DNA of 64,000 bases from NCBI GenBank assembly GCA_046290225.1, contig JBKAGE010000075.1, positions 96,001 through 160,000 of the forward strand, written 5' to 3'. The DNA is from Bradymonadia bacterium. Its GTDB lineage: Bacteria; Myxococcota_A; Bradymonadia; UBA7976; UBA1532. The notes under the pieces were generated by a model. That model saw only the letters and a program-made list of their open reading frames with translations. It had not been told where the DNA came from and ran no database searches. A program made the translations under genes and the position numbers. Shown piece after piece: positions 63,525 through 64,000 of the stretch; the first letter of the stretch is position 1, and each line of letters starts with the position of its first letter.

Positions 63525-63912
63525 GCGCCGTCTGTAGCGGACGGCCAGCTAAAGCTTTCGTGCCTTTGGCACCGCCTGTAGCGGACGCCTCGCCTTTGGC
63601 GAGAGCTGTAGCGGACGCTCATTTGCCTATGGCAAATTCCCTGTAGTTTTTTTGAAGATCAGTTGGGGGGCGTTGGCTCATCTACCGCGAAGGTTGTGGC
63701 CCTTTGATGAACCAGTTCCGGCGTAAGCCCCAATCGGGGTCGAGAAGCCTACCCGGCACACCATAAGTCTCTTAGAAAGCTACAGCTCAGGCTGCCGGAG
63801 GCAGACCCGGCGTCCGCTACAGCTTTGCGCCGGCGTAAGCCGGGGCAGGCGTCCGCTTCAGGCGGTGCCAAAGGCACGAAAGCTTTAGCTGGCCGTCCGC
63901 TACAGGCGGTGC
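63525..63912. repeat. Palindromic non-coding element copy 3 (different arms, related core)
   Basis: 47-bp perfect IR at 63532-63578 / 63859-63905; arms are tandem CTGTAGCGGACG-hairpin units; core shares three boxes with copies 1 and 2. Confidence 0.92.
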
Positions 63913-63913
63913 C

Positions 63914-64000
63914 TCACCAGCCCGACTTCTTGTACTTCTGCGTCGCTTCGAGGAAGGCCCCTTCAGCAAACTGGTTCGGGGACAGCTCCTGGATGCCGTC
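63914..64000 (-). CDS. 3' end of an unidentified gene
   Basis: Open frame DGIQELSPNQFAEGAFLEATQKYKKSGW* with host-like codons, running off the window edge. Confidence 0.6.
   Translation of the reverse strand, partial: DGIQELSPNQFAEGAFLEATQKYKKSGW

Noticed and set aside
63532..63650. CTGTAGCGGACG repeats with 18-32-nt spacers resembling a mini-CRISPR
   Set aside because: The repeat is only 12 bp, spacing is irregular, spacers are hairpins, the array is mirrored in inverted orientation, and there are no cas genes

Overview
High-GC (roughly two-thirds G+C) bacterial DNA. The Cys-rich/PPC lipoproteins, giant PKD proteins, Ser/Thr kinase-FGE fusion and HEAT + HD-GYP pair suggest a Myxococcota/Bradymonadia-like deltaproteobacterium (inference). 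Layout: 1-23.3 kb is a flagellar cluster (fliG'HI, motE-like, fliK, flgDE // fliLMNOPQR, flhBAFG, fliA). It is split at the usual motAB position, and fliJ is displaced to the opposite strand. 23.4-31.4 kb holds rpoZ, a type II FAS/PKS-like operon with two active KS and two Cys-less CLF-like KS domains, and a 41-aa basic protein. 31.5-50.2 kb holds four very large secreted or lipoprotein genes. 50-64 kb holds kynureninase, HEAT, degenerate HD-GYP, YqgE, PilZ, alr, a kinase and a Ser-less hydrolase-fold lipoprotein. The most striking unexplained signal is a family of three 390-540 bp non-coding palindromic elements (about 7217-7759, 22296-22813 and 63525-63912), each between convergent genes, with arms built from GTAG-headed hairpin units. 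Copies 1 and 2 have arms in the same orientation, but their 135-bp core is flipped between 19-bp inverted repeats. Copy 3 has different arms but keeps three core boxes at the same 37-38-nt spacing. No transposase or recombinase is visible in the window.
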